A stretch of 64,000 nucleotides of DNA from an uncultured candidate division Zixibacteria bacterium (GTDB lineage Bacteria; Zixibacteria; MSB-5A5; UBA10806). Position 1 is the stretch's first letter, and every line of letters starts with the position of its first letter. The notes under the pieces are model-generated. The model had not been told where the DNA came from. It saw only the letters and a program-made list of their open reading frames with translations, and searched no databases. The DNA is taken from contig CAWDFP010000006.1 in assembly GCA_963801605.1 (NCBI GenBank), positions 672,001 through 736,000 on the forward strand. Direction: 5' to 3'. The translations under genes were made by a program, and so were the position numbers. Positions 10,303 through 19,555 of the stretch are shown one piece after another.

Positions 10303-11367
10303 ATGGAAAAAATATTGATTGCGGAAAACGATCCTAAGACTTGCGATATCATAAGACAGTCCCTCGAGCCTCAAGGATATGATATTACCTGTTCTCAAAA
10401 CGGTCTGGAAGCTCTCGGAATCATTCACAACAGCCCTCCTTTCAACCTTATCATTTTGGGAGCCAATTTCAGTCAAATGAATAGCCTGGGGCTTTTAGAA
10501 ATCATCAGAAAACGTTATCCCCAAACTATAACCTTAATGATTTCGGATGCAAAAAATCCCAAGAGAGCTTTGGAATTTTTTAAACAGGGCGCATACGATA
10601 CTATCGAAAAGCCCGTTAAATCGGATGAACTCGCAAAAACCGTGAAATCGGCCCTTGATGAAGGCCGATTGATGAAGGATTCGGGCTTTATCTATAAGGA
10701 TACTCGCAGGGAAGATCGTTCGCTAATTCGTCGCGGCATTTTCCTGGGGATAAGCGACTCTCTTCTAGTCGGCCTCTCGTTTTACATTGGTTTTCTGCTA
10801 TATCTATTGGGGGATATAAATAAAACCTCATTTATCCAGCCAGCCGAGATTTTAATGATGAGTTTGGGATTTTCGTTTGCTTATGGCTTTGTCTTTGTAT
10901 ATCGTCGCAGCCATCGAACTGATTTGCATTGGGGTAAAAGAGATCAGGCAATAAATCTTTTGTGGAATATCTCCTATGCCTATATCCTGCAGCTCGCCAT
11001 TCTCTTTTTGGTTAAGGATGCAGGCTTTTCGGCAGTCCGCTATGCGATTGGAACAGGCTTTCTCCTGGGATATTTAACGCTCTTAGGAAGCAGATTGGCC
11101 ATGCCAACGGTCATTTCGAAACTTGGCCGTGAGGGTCGAAAGACCATCACAATCATTGCATCGCCTTCAACTCCCGACACTAAAGCGTCAGACAAAATCA
11201 AAAATAGTCACTCTGATCATCGAAATAATGAGCCTTATCTTATCGACACCCTTTCGCCATCTCAAATATCGGTCTTGATGGATCGCGGTAAGGGGCGCAA
11301 AATAAATGTCGTGGAATCCGAAAATGGCGCCAAAAACAATGGTCGGCCCGCCCAAATTTCGCGATAA
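10303..11367 (+). CDS. Atypical (pseudo-)receiver domain fused to a 4-TM membrane domain
   Basis: REC-like N-terminus (KILIAEND...NGLEAL...FNLIILG...GAYDTIEKP) with Gly53 at the phosphoacceptor Asp position, followed by about four hydrophobic helices. Confidence 0.75.
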   Translation: MEKILIAENDPKTCDIIRQSLEPQGYDITCSQNGLEALGIIHNSPPFNLIILGANFSQMNSLGLLEIIRKRYPQTITLMISDAKNPKRALEFFKQGAYDTIEKPVKSDELAKTVKSALDEGRLMKDSGFIYKDTRREDRSLIRRGIFLGISDSLLVGLSFYIGFLLYLLGDINKTSFIQPAEILMMSLGFSFAYGFVFVYRRSHRTDLHWGKRDQAINLLWNISYAYILQLAILFLVKDAGFSAVRYAIGTGFLLGYLTLLGSRLAMPTVISKLGREGRKTITIIASPSTPDTKASDKIKNSHSDHRNNEPYLIDTLSPSQISVLMDRGKGRKINVVESENGAKNNGRPAQISR

Positions 11368-11369
11368 TT

Positions 11370-12863
11370 ATGCGCTATTTCCTATTTATTATTTTGCTAT
11401 TTAGTTCAGCCTTAATGGCGGCTGAAATCCCGGTCGGAAGCCCCATAAGCCAACGCTTGTTCGATATCTCTCGCGAGCTTTATGGCCGCGGTATTTTATA
11501 TAGGTATGAATATGCGTCAATTGATACACCTTTATCAAACGGGAACAACTTGTTTGAGAAAAGCCTCATCGAACAATTCGGCGGATTATATAATAATTAC
11601 CGAAAACCATACACGTCGCCAAAAATTACCGGCGGGCTTACAGTTCTGGAAAGCAATCGGCAAAATACATCGAATGTAAATTATATTAAGCTTTTTCCCG
11701 AAGTTGGTATTGATTTTAATCAAAAGCTCTCGGCAAATATCCTTTATAGGATTGATGGCGAATTAAGCCGCGATCCGCGTTATGATGGTAAAGCCTGGAA
11801 TGGAATAGCGGGCTTCCCGGAGAACGCAACGATTAATTTTAAATCCGGTGCATTTGGGGCCAGATTTGGAATCGAGCGGCTTTCCTGGGGAATGGCGAGT
11901 TACGGCAATCTTATGTTTGCCTCACAGGCTATGCCGATGACACTTTTGGCATTCAGTTATCGGCGATGGATTTTCGATTTTGAGGCCGCCACGGGCTTTC
12001 TGAATCCGCTTAAGGAAGAGCTTGATCGTAGTGCCAGCGATACCTCTTATGTTACCAGTCAGCAGCGCTACCTTTCGACACATTCTATCACACTTAGGCC
12101 TGTAAAGAGCTTTTCACTTTCTTTTCGCGAAGTTGTTCTCTATGGCGGACCAGGCAGACGACTTGAGCCGGCCTATCTGTTTCCATTTATCTGGTATCAC
12201 GGCCAGCAGCTTAATTCGCGTCTCAATGATAACATTATGGGAAGCGTGGCTGCCGATTGGCGCTTTCGGAGTCATTTCTGGCTCTATGGCGAGCTATTAA
12301 TTGATGATTTTCAGGTCGAGCGAAAGAGCCGCGGCGATTACGAGCCCAATCAAATGGCCTATCTCGCCGGAACAGAAATATACGATCTGCCTCTTCGGGG
12401 TTCTACTATCGCTTTAGAATATGAACGAGTCAATAATTGGACTTATAATCAATTCCGCGACTATAACCGCTATATCAATCTCAATTATCCGATCGGGTTT
12501 CCTGAAGGGCCTGACGTTGATATTTTAAACTGGCGCTTCTCCTGGTGGGCACAAAAAGGAATTAAACTCTCATACCTTGGACTTTACCGAAGACACGGCG
12601 CAGGACGAATTGATACCCCCTGGACTCGACCCTGGCTTGGAGTAGATTATTATTCCGAGCCTTTCCCTACGGGCACTGTTGAGCGCCAAGCCACTCACTC
12701 CCTTGAGGTTCTGGTTTTAAAGAAAAATTGGCTTTGGGGTAACGTCCGGCTGAATTTTACCGATATAATAAATGTTGCGAATATTCCCGGCAAATCGAAA
12801 AAAAGCTGGGATTTGTCATTTGACATCGGAGCAAATATACCACCTTTGATACGGGGGTTTTAG
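11370..12863 (+). CDS. Capsule assembly Wzi-family outer-membrane protein
   Basis: Signal peptide; RYLSTH, EVVLYGG, NDN.M, LYGELLIDD and PIG...GPD motifs; amphipathic strands with a terminal Phe. Confidence 0.7.
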   Translation: MRYFLFIILLFSSALMAAEIPVGSPISQRLFDISRELYGRGILYRYEYASIDTPLSNGNNLFEKSLIEQFGGLYNNYRKPYTSPKITGGLTVLESNRQNTSNVNYIKLFPEVGIDFNQKLSANILYRIDGELSRDPRYDGKAWNGIAGFPENATINFKSGAFGARFGIERLSWGMASYGNLMFASQAMPMTLLAFSYRRWIFDFEAATGFLNPLKEELDRSASDTSYVTSQQRYLSTHSITLRPVKSFSLSFREVVLYGGPGRRLEPAYLFPFIWYHGQQLNSRLNDNIMGSVAADWRFRSHFWLYGELLIDDFQVERKSRGDYEPNQMAYLAGTEIYDLPLRGSTIALEYERVNNWTYNQFRDYNRYINLNYPIGFPEGPDVDILNWRFSWWAQKGIKLSYLGLYRRHGAGRIDTPWTRPWLGVDYYSEPFPTGTVERQATHSLEVLVLKKNWLWGNVRLNFTDIINVANIPGKSKKSWDLSFDIGANIPPLIRGF

Positions 12864-12865
12864 CG

Positions 12866-14326
12866 ATGAAAAAAATTGTAACTGTACTCGGAATTCTGGT
12901 TCTGGCCACGTTAACAGCATCCACCGCCCTGCCTGCCGATTTTCTCTCAGGCGCTCGCGGCGGAGGCATGGGCTTTTCCTATTTTGTATTAGCTGATGAT
13001 CCAGCTGGGGCGCTTTATAATCCATCGGCGTTAGCTTTTATAAAGGGATGGCAGACCCAGTTCATGTATGAAAAGCTGAACTCGTACGACTACAAAGTCG
13101 TAACAGAACGACCTTATTTTGGACAATTCGGCATCACCTATTTCCGGCCTGGAACAGGAACCTTTGCAGTCAATAGCCTTCAGAGCGGCTCGTTTGCTAA
13201 TCAAACCAATATTCCGACCGTAAATCATGTTGCCCTTTCTTACGGTAGAGAGCTGTCGAATATGTGGTCGGCAGGCGGTTCGATCAAATATCTTACTGAA
13301 ATGGGATTTGGCAAACGCTCGGCATTTGATATGGATATCTCATTTTCATTAAGGACGACTAAAAGCATTGCAGCCTCAGTGGCATTTGAAAACATCACCC
13401 GTGCTACCCTCTCACCGGATTACCTGGGACAGGAGGAGCACCTGCCGCGCAGAAGTCGCGTTGGCGGAGGATATTTTATTGGCAATCATGATTACCAGGG
13501 AGCAATTCTCGTAGCCGGTCAGATTGAGGAATCGGGGGTCGGCAGCAAATTAACGACCTCTCTGGTTAATTTTGGTACCGAGTGGTGGTTGATGCAAAAC
13601 CGCAATTTTTCGATAGGCGCTCGCACCGGTTATACCGTTGGTCAGGCAGTTAGAAACGATATCAAAGCTGATTACGCCGGCCCGACGATGGGTTTTTCGC
13701 TAACTCATAAAATCGGCCAAAGCGACATTCGCCTCGATTATTCCTGGCAGGCGTTTCCCTTTAAGACCGCCGACGGATCCACTCCGGCCAATCATTACCT
13801 GTCAGTGACATTTGGTTGGGGGGGCGTTCCCAGGTATCCCGGTCATGCCAATGAAGCTCCAACGCCCAGGCAGGCGAAGGTGATCGAGAAAAAGGAAGCT
13901 GAGACGCCCCAGATATTCCAGGCGCCAATAAAAGATGAGCAGGAAGCTCCGCTTGAAACTAAAGATACCGATTTCAAAACAGCCGACTTTAAGACTTTTA
14001 ATGTCGCGATGGAAGTAAGCGATATTTCATCTATGGATCTTAAGCGGGTGGTCTTTTATGTCAGGCCGCAGCAGGTAATAAAGACAACCAGTTGGAAGCT
14101 TTATATTTTCAAGGCTAAGATTAAAACCTGGAGTGAGGAAGAAGCCGGTCGCTGGTCGCTTCGCGTTATCGAGGGTAAGGGCGTGCCACCAATAAATATC
14201 ATTTGGGATGGCCTCGATACCAAGGGTGAACTTGTTCAAAAGGGCAAGTATTATTTCCTCATGACCGCGGTCGATGTCAAAGGCCAGAATTACGCCACCG
14301 AATGGTTTAACTTCAAATTAGAATAG
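12866..14326 (+). CDS. PorV/FadL-like beta-barrel with Pro/charged linker and C-terminal FlgD-like Ig domain
   Basis: Signal peptide; GARGGGMG...ADDP.GALYNPSALA hatch motif; barrel ends YLSVTFGWG; C-terminus WDGLDTKGELV.KG.Y. Confidence 0.7.
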   Translation: MKKIVTVLGILVLATLTASTALPADFLSGARGGGMGFSYFVLADDPAGALYNPSALAFIKGWQTQFMYEKLNSYDYKVVTERPYFGQFGITYFRPGTGTFAVNSLQSGSFANQTNIPTVNHVALSYGRELSNMWSAGGSIKYLTEMGFGKRSAFDMDISFSLRTTKSIAASVAFENITRATLSPDYLGQEEHLPRRSRVGGGYFIGNHDYQGAILVAGQIEESGVGSKLTTSLVNFGTEWWLMQNRNFSIGARTGYTVGQAVRNDIKADYAGPTMGFSLTHKIGQSDIRLDYSWQAFPFKTADGSTPANHYLSVTFGWGGVPRYPGHANEAPTPRQAKVIEKKEAETPQIFQAPIKDEQEAPLETKDTDFKTADFKTFNVAMEVSDISSMDLKRVVFYVRPQQVIKTTSWKLYIFKAKIKTWSEEEAGRWSLRVIEGKGVPPINIIWDGLDTKGELVQKGKYYFLMTAVDVKGQNYATEWFNFKLE

Positions 14327-14348
14327 TGCGTGTGCAATATAGAGGGGG

Positions 14349-14387
14349 AAGCGTCGCCAGCCGCAAGGCCGGCGGCGCTTTTTGTTT
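14349..14387 (+). terminator. Intrinsic terminator of the polysaccharide/PorV-like operon
   Basis: GC-rich stem GCGTCGCC...GGCGGCGC followed by TTTTTGTTT. Confidence 0.75.
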
Positions 14388-14505
14388 GCTTAAGCGGCGA
14401 ATTCTCCGAACCGGATCGTTTTTTCCATTAATTATGCTCCCTATAACCGAAGTCTAGCCCCCCTTTTCTATTGACTATCCCATCGAATTAGAATTAATTC
14501 GATAT

Positions 14506-15039
14506 ATGCACAAGAGGGATTGCCCCAGATTATCTGCCAAAATGAAGAGAATCAAGCTCTTTGTTTTCGATGTCGACGGCGTTCTGACAGATAATACCGT
14601 TTGGATGGGCAGTGGTAAAACTGAGCTAAAGCGCTTTAATATCGCCGACGGTATGGGCGTTTATATTGCCCGTCGAGCGGGGATACCAACCGCGCTGATT
14701 TCTGGAAGGTCGTCGCCGGCCACCACCTCACGGGTGAAAGAGCTCGGGATAGTCGATTATTACCAGAAAAAGGGACCCAAACGGATACCGTTTGAAAAGC
14801 TGCTAAAAAAATATAAACTCGACCCTAAAGAAGTCGCCTTCATGGGTGACGATGTCATCGATGTCCCCATAATGGAAATGGCCGGAGTGGTGGCCACTGT
14901 GCCGCATGCGCCCGAGTACGTTAAGAAGTATGCCGATATTGTTACAGTTCACCCGGCTGGTATGGGAGCGGCGCGTGAGTTTGTAGATATGGTGATTTTG
15001 GCGAAAGGATTGGATCCGGTTGACCTCACTTATAAATAA
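14506..15039 (+). CDS. kdsC: KDO 8-phosphate phosphatase
   Basis: FDVDGVLTD, KRFNIADG.G, ISGR, FMGDDVID and G.GAAREF. The start could alternatively be the ATG at 14542. Confidence 0.9.
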   Translation: MHKRDCPRLSAKMKRIKLFVFDVDGVLTDNTVWMGSGKTELKRFNIADGMGVYIARRAGIPTALISGRSSPATTSRVKELGIVDYYQKKGPKRIPFEKLLKKYKLDPKEVAFMGDDVIDVPIMEMAGVVATVPHAPEYVKKYADIVTVHPAGMGAAREFVDMVILAKGLDPVDLTYK

Positions 15040-15982
15040 AGCGCGGGAAGTTATCATAAAGGAAGCTGACGCCGTGCGCCTTATGGCTGATCGTCTCGAT
15101 GGCAGTTTTGAGAAGGCAATCAACATTCTCTATAATTGTAAAGGCCGCGTAATAATCTCCGGAATCGGTAAATCGGGTCAGGTAGCGCGAAAAATTGCTG
15201 CAACCTTTTCATCTACGGGTACGCCTGCATTCTATATCCATCCCACCGAAGGTATCCACGGCGATATCGGAGTTGTGCTTTCAGGTGATGTAGCTATTGT
15301 CATCAGCAAATCTGGCGATACCGAGGAGGTTATCAAGCTCCTGCCGATCTTTAAGCGTCGAGGGGTTCCGGTGATTGCCATCAGCGGCGGCAAAGATTCC
15401 ACTCTGGCGCAAGAGGCCGACGTCATCCTCGACTCCTCGGTCGAATTCGAAGCCTGTCCGCTCGATCTGGTTCCGACCTCATCCACCACCGCAGCACTCG
15501 TAATGGGCGATGCTCTGGCGGTTGTCCTGCTGGAGCTTCGAGGTTTCACGGAAGATGACTTTTCGGTTATTCATCCCGGAGGCGCCCTGGGGCGAAGACT
15601 TATTAAGGTATCAGACTTAATGCATACCGGGCCGGAGTTGCCTATTGTCCGAGACATCGCCAGTTTTAAGGAGATGCTTCTCGAAATGACATCCAAGATG
15701 TTTGGGTTAGCCCTTGTTGTTGACGCCGATGGCAAATTAACCGGCATTTTCACCGATGGTGATCTCAGACGAACAATCGAGTCGTACTCCAATCCGCTTG
15801 AACTTACAGCAGGAAAGGTAGCAATATCGAATCCCAAACGAATCGCTGCCGGGGAGCTGGCCGCAACAGCGGTTGCCGTGATGGAAAATCACCATATCAC
15901 CAGCCTGGTTATCACTGACAAAAAGAATTGCCCGATAGGCTTAATTCATTTGCATGATCTATTAAAAGCCAAGGTCGTTTGA
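15020..15982 (+). CDS. kdsD: Arabinose-5-phosphate isomerase (SIS plus CBS pair)
   Basis: GIGKSG, HPTEGIHGDIG, PTSSTTA.L.MGDALA, HPGGALG and FTDGDLRR. Confidence 0.93.
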   Translation: MTSLINKAREVIIKEADAVRLMADRLDGSFEKAINILYNCKGRVIISGIGKSGQVARKIAATFSSTGTPAFYIHPTEGIHGDIGVVLSGDVAIVISKSGDTEEVIKLLPIFKRRGVPVIAISGGKDSTLAQEADVILDSSVEFEACPLDLVPTSSTTAALVMGDALAVVLLELRGFTEDDFSVIHPGGALGRRLIKVSDLMHTGPELPIVRDIASFKEMLLEMTSKMFGLALVVDADGKLTGIFTDGDLRRTIESYSNPLELTAGKVAISNPKRIAAGELAATAVAVMENHHITSLVITDKKNCPIGLIHLHDLLKAKVV

Positions 15983-16941
15983 TGTCATCATCAAAGCGAA
16001 TTAAAAACGATTTTATCTATGCGGCCCTACGCTTTATTATGGCGATCGTAGAGATGTTGCCTCGCGATTTAGCTTTGAAATTTGCCACCATGCTTGGCGA
16101 AATAGTTGCCATGCTCGATGGCAAAGAGCGGCGCCTGGCAGAGGCTAATCTCCGGCGAGCTTATGGCGATACCTGGAGCGAGGAGAAAATCAATTTGGTG
16201 GCGCGAGAGTGCTTTGTCCAGATGGCCAGGAACGCCGCCGATGTCATTCGCTCTACTCGTTGGGATGAAAACGATCTACGGGACCTGATCGATGTCGAGG
16301 GGGTCGAGCATTTCGATCGTGCCATGCAGCGGGGCAAAGGAGTGGTGGGCGTTACCGGCCATATCGGCAATTTTGAGCTTTCGGCCGCCTGGTTTGCGGC
16401 AGTTAAGAAAACGCCGATTTCGGTTATCGGGCGCAGACTATACGATGAGCGACTCGATACACTGGTAGTAGAAAATCGCGAAAAGTTCGGCATGGAGGTT
16501 ATTCCGTCCGATGCCTCTGCCAAAAAAGTCTATACAGTCTTAAAAAGCGGACGGATGCTTGGGGTCCTGATGGACCTCGATTCCTCTCGCGTGACAGGAT
16601 ATTTCGTACCATTCTTCGGGCACCCTGCCAAGACCGCGGCCGGACCAATGTATATAGGACGAAAAACCGGAAGCCCCGTAGTGCCTTTGGCGCTGTTCAG
16701 AACTCAGGATGACCGCTATCTCCTAAAAATATTGCCTGCATTTGATATTCCCGTTACCGATAATAAGGAAGAGGATGTTAAATCCGCGCTTCTTATGTGC
16801 AATAAGGCGCTAGAGCAACTGATAAATTTCGATCCCACCCAGTGGGCCTGGATACATAATCGTTGGAAAAGCAAACCAACTCCTCAAAATGACGTAAAAG
16901 ATGGATTGGAGGAGATGAGCCTATCAAACGAACAATTCTAA
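15982..16941 (+). CDS. Lipid A late acyltransferase (LpxL/HtrB family)
   Basis: H.GNFE catalytic motif, VPFFG.PA.T and PTQWAWIHNRWK. Confidence 0.85.
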   Translation: MSSSKRIKNDFIYAALRFIMAIVEMLPRDLALKFATMLGEIVAMLDGKERRLAEANLRRAYGDTWSEEKINLVARECFVQMARNAADVIRSTRWDENDLRDLIDVEGVEHFDRAMQRGKGVVGVTGHIGNFELSAAWFAAVKKTPISVIGRRLYDERLDTLVVENREKFGMEVIPSDASAKKVYTVLKSGRMLGVLMDLDSSRVTGYFVPFFGHPAKTAAGPMYIGRKTGSPVVPLALFRTQDDRYLLKILPAFDIPVTDNKEEDVKSALLMCNKALEQLINFDPTQWAWIHNRWKSKPTPQNDVKDGLEEMSLSNEQF

Positions 16942-17525
16942 TTTTTTCGATAGTCGGATTGGGTTTTATTCACTGCGGCCCGTCGGAAAAACCCCCGGTT
17001 CAGATGACTACCGGGAAGATACCCGATTCCGTAATGGAAAAAGCAACTATCATCATGACATCATCCGGGATGCGTCAGGCCGTGATCTATGCCGATACCC
17101 TCTATGTATTTGAAAAAGAGGATTCCACAACCGCTCAAAATGTTAAAGTGGATTTTTTCAACGAACAAGGTCTGTATCAATCTACATTGACTGCTCAAAA
17201 AGGTCTGGTGCGCCAAAAGCAGCAAATCTTCTCCGTTTGGGGCAATGTTGTTGTGGCCAATGATACCTCCCGATTGGAAACTCAGTCGCTTAACTGGGAC
17301 ACCAAACGAAATATGATTACCTCGAATGATTTCGTGCGTTTCGAGCGTAATAAAGATGTCATTACCGGCTACGGACTGGAAGCCGATAGCCGCCTTGATA
17401 ATGTCCGGATTCTACGCGATGTTTCCGGCAAGATGAGCAATATTCCGCAAAATGAAGGAGAGCTGGATAGTCTCGAAAAAGCTCCAGCGTCGACCTTACC
17501 CCCGCCAACCGGAGAAAGCAAATGA
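16923..17525 (+). CDS. lptC: LPS export protein LptC (start uncertain; in-frame ATC at 16923 restores the N-terminal anchor)
   Basis: VDFF...G...S.LTA..G, GNVVV, L.T..L.WD and ITG.GLEAD..L; located between lpxL and lptB. Confidence 0.8.
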   Translation: MKRTILIFSIVGLGFIHCGPSEKPPVQMTTGKIPDSVMEKATIIMTSSGMRQAVIYADTLYVFEKEDSTTAQNVKVDFFNEQGLYQSTLTAQKGLVRQKQQIFSVWGNVVVANDTSRLETQSLNWDTKRNMITSNDFVRFERNKDVITGYGLEADSRLDNVRILRDVSGKMSNIPQNEGELDSLEKAPASTLPPPTGESK

Positions 17526-18280
17526 CGGGTAATCCTCCCCTGATACATAATGTCAAATCGAATTTACGTTCGGATCGATTACTCAAAATTTATAAAAAGC
17601 GTCATGTGGTCAACGGTATCTCCATCGAGGTTAATTCCGGTGAGATCGTGGGGCTGTTAGGGCCCAATGGCGCCGGTAAAACCACGACTTTTTATATGAT
17701 CACGGGCCTTATCCGTCCCAATGGCGGCCAAATATTCATGGATGATCACGATCTAACGCGCCTTCCAATGTACAAGCGGGCTCGACGAGGCATCGGTTAT
17801 CTACCTCAGGAACCGTCAATCTTTAGAAAGCTCAACGTCGAACAGAATATTATGGCGATTCTCGAAACCCTGCCACTTTCTCGCAAACAGCGCAAGGAAC
17901 GGCTCGAACAGCTTTTAGAGGATCTCGATGTTAAGTCACTCGCCAAATCGATGGCTTACAATCTTTCGGGCGGGGAGCGACGGCGAGTTGAAATTGCCCG
18001 GGCGCTTGTCACCCAGCCAAAGTTTATCCTTCTCGATGAGCCTTTCTCGGGAATCGATCCCATCACGGTTGAGGAAATCCAAAAGATTATTTTCCGTCTC
18101 AAGCAGGGAGGCTTGGGAATCCTTATCACTGATCACAACGTGCGCGAAACGCTTTCGGTGACCGATCGCGCTTATATTATTTTCGAGGGTGAAATCCTGA
18201 AGGCGGGCAACGCTGAATATCTGGCTAACGATCCCGAAGCTCGCAAAATCTATCTCGGCGAAAAATTCAGATTAAATTAA
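17522..18280 (+). CDS. lptB: LPS export ABC transporter ATPase
   Basis: [51 protein letters not shown] and YLGE.F. Confidence 0.96.
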   Translation: MTGNPPLIHNVKSNLRSDRLLKIYKKRHVVNGISIEVNSGEIVGLLGPNGAGKTTTFYMITGLIRPNGGQIFMDDHDLTRLPMYKRARRGIGYLPQEPSIFRKLNVEQNIMAILETLPLSRKQRKERLEQLLEDLDVKSLAKSMAYNLSGGERRRVEIARALVTQPKFILLDEPFSGIDPITVEEIQKIIFRLKQGGLGILITDHNVRETLSVTDRAYIIFEGEILKAGNAEYLANDPEARKIYLGEKFRLN

Positions 18281-18335
18281 TCTAATCTAAACCTGATGAA
18301 ATATGCTCAGCAGGTTTCGACGGAGGATTCCCAAA

Positions 18336-18419
18336 ATGAATTCTCTGCAACAAGCGCCAGAAAAAAACAAGCATTTGGACGGCGAAGAATTAAGAAATAA
18401 AAGAACAAATAGATATTAA
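18336..18419 (+). CDS. Candidate 27-aa small ORF MNSLQQAPEKNKHLDGEELRNKRTNRY
   Basis: GGAGG at 18322-18326, ATG at 18336, TAA at 18417-18419, directly followed by a terminator. No homology recognised. Confidence 0.3.
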   Translation: MNSLQQAPEKNKHLDGEELRNKRTNRY

Positions 18420-18426
18420 TGATAGC

Positions 18427-18454
18427 AGGCGTTTAGCAATAAGCGCCTTTTTTT
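18427..18454 (+). terminator. Intrinsic terminator after lptB/small ORF
   Basis: AGGCGTTTA-GCAA-TAAGCGCCT followed by a T run. Confidence 0.75.
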
Positions 18455-18503
18455 ATTCCAAAAAATTTCCGTGTGGAGATGCGCGATGGGGATTAGTTCG
18501 GGA

Positions 18504-18538
18504 AAATAAAATAGAGGGCAGGAGAGAATCTGCCCTCT
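18504..18538 (-). terminator. Probable terminator for the Gly-rich gene
   Basis: AGAGGGCAG...CTGCCCTCT stem, followed on the minus strand by ATTTTATTTT. Confidence 0.55.
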
Positions 18539-18634
18539 GATGTCATCCTGCGAAGGAGCCTAAAGCCGACTATTCTACTCTAAGCTTGACATCCGGTCGA
18601 GAAGGGTGCTTTGCAGTTAAAATTACAATAGTGT

Positions 18635-19555
18635 TCATTTAGTTTCTGGTACATCAGCCAATTTGATCTTTGCCCAAATCTTTATCGGCTTAAATGTGGT
18701 TTCGTTTCCCGGTCCGTCGGGATGTCCGCGCCTGCCGCCACCGGGAGGCCCGCCCATCCCACCACCACTTCCGGGAGGTCCACCAATTCCACCACCGCCC
18801 CCGAAACCGCCGCCTTCAGGTCCACCGCCGCCACCCGGGCCCATTCCTCCACCTCCGCCGGGACCTCTGCCTCGGCCTCCGGGCCCACCATTCGGCCCAC
18901 CCTGACCGTTGGGTCGCTCCATGTTGGCGCCCGCCTCGATGCCTATGCCGATTATCTTAACGGCATCGGCGGAAATTGCATACGGCGTGGCATTCGATTC
19001 CTTAAGGGGTATGATAAATTCGAATCCGACCGGACCTTCGCCACCGTTGCGGACAACCCACAAACCGAGATCGTTTTTCACCGGTATTTTAACTCGATTG
19101 TTTTCGGTGGGGCCGATAATTTCAATGGAATCCATGGTGGACGCAATCTGTTCTCGCATTTTATCCGGATCACCCATAGGCCGTTCAGACCCCTCGGACG
19201 GGGGTCCTTGAGCTCTTCTCATTCCAACAGGATAACGGATTCCGAACTTCTTGTTTTTTCCGCCCTTGCTATCCAGCCAAACAGTCAATCCGCCACGCAT
19301 GATCATCATTTGGGTGTCTCTGTCCTCTGCCTTGAGCAGGATGTACAGGTTATTGCTGTCATTCTGAAGACCGATTATTATCGGCTTATCATCAATTGTA
19401 TACTGCGCGGAAATTGGCCAAACGGAATTGGTATCGGCGATGGTCATGGAAGAGGATCTCCAACTGCTATTTAAGGTCGGCGCACCGGCGCTTATGCTAA
19501 ATGTTAATAATAGAAAAATGATTATTGTCAGTTGATAGAGTTTAGGCTTTGCCAT
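18635..19555 (-). CDS. Exported hypothetical protein with a Gly/Pro-rich low-complexity segment
   Basis: Signal peptide; globular core (ND..NLYI.L...D...Q..IM..GLTVW); about 70 aa GGP-rich loop before the terminal strand IKIWAKIKLA. Confidence 0.75.
   Translation of the reverse strand: MAKPKLYQLTIIIFLLLTFSISAGAPTLNSSWRSSSMTIADTNSVWPISAQYTIDDKPIIIGLQNDSNNLYILLKAEDRDTQMMIMRGGLTVWLDSKGGKNKKFGIRYPVGMRRAQGPPSEGSERPMGDPDKMREQIASTMDSIEIIGPTENNRVKIPVKNDLGLWVVRNGGEGPVGFEFIIPLKESNATPYAISADAVKIIGIGIEAGANMERPNGQGGPNGGPGGRGRGPGGGGGMGPGGGGGPEGGGFGGGGGIGGPPGSGGGMGGPPGGGRRGHPDGPGNETTFKPIKIWAKIKLADVPETK

Noticed and set aside
18663..19474. Pro-rich and other plus-strand ORFs (18663, 18694, 18722, 18909)
   Set aside because: Antisense shadows of the Gly-rich gene; GC-rich low-complexity DNA lacks stop codons.
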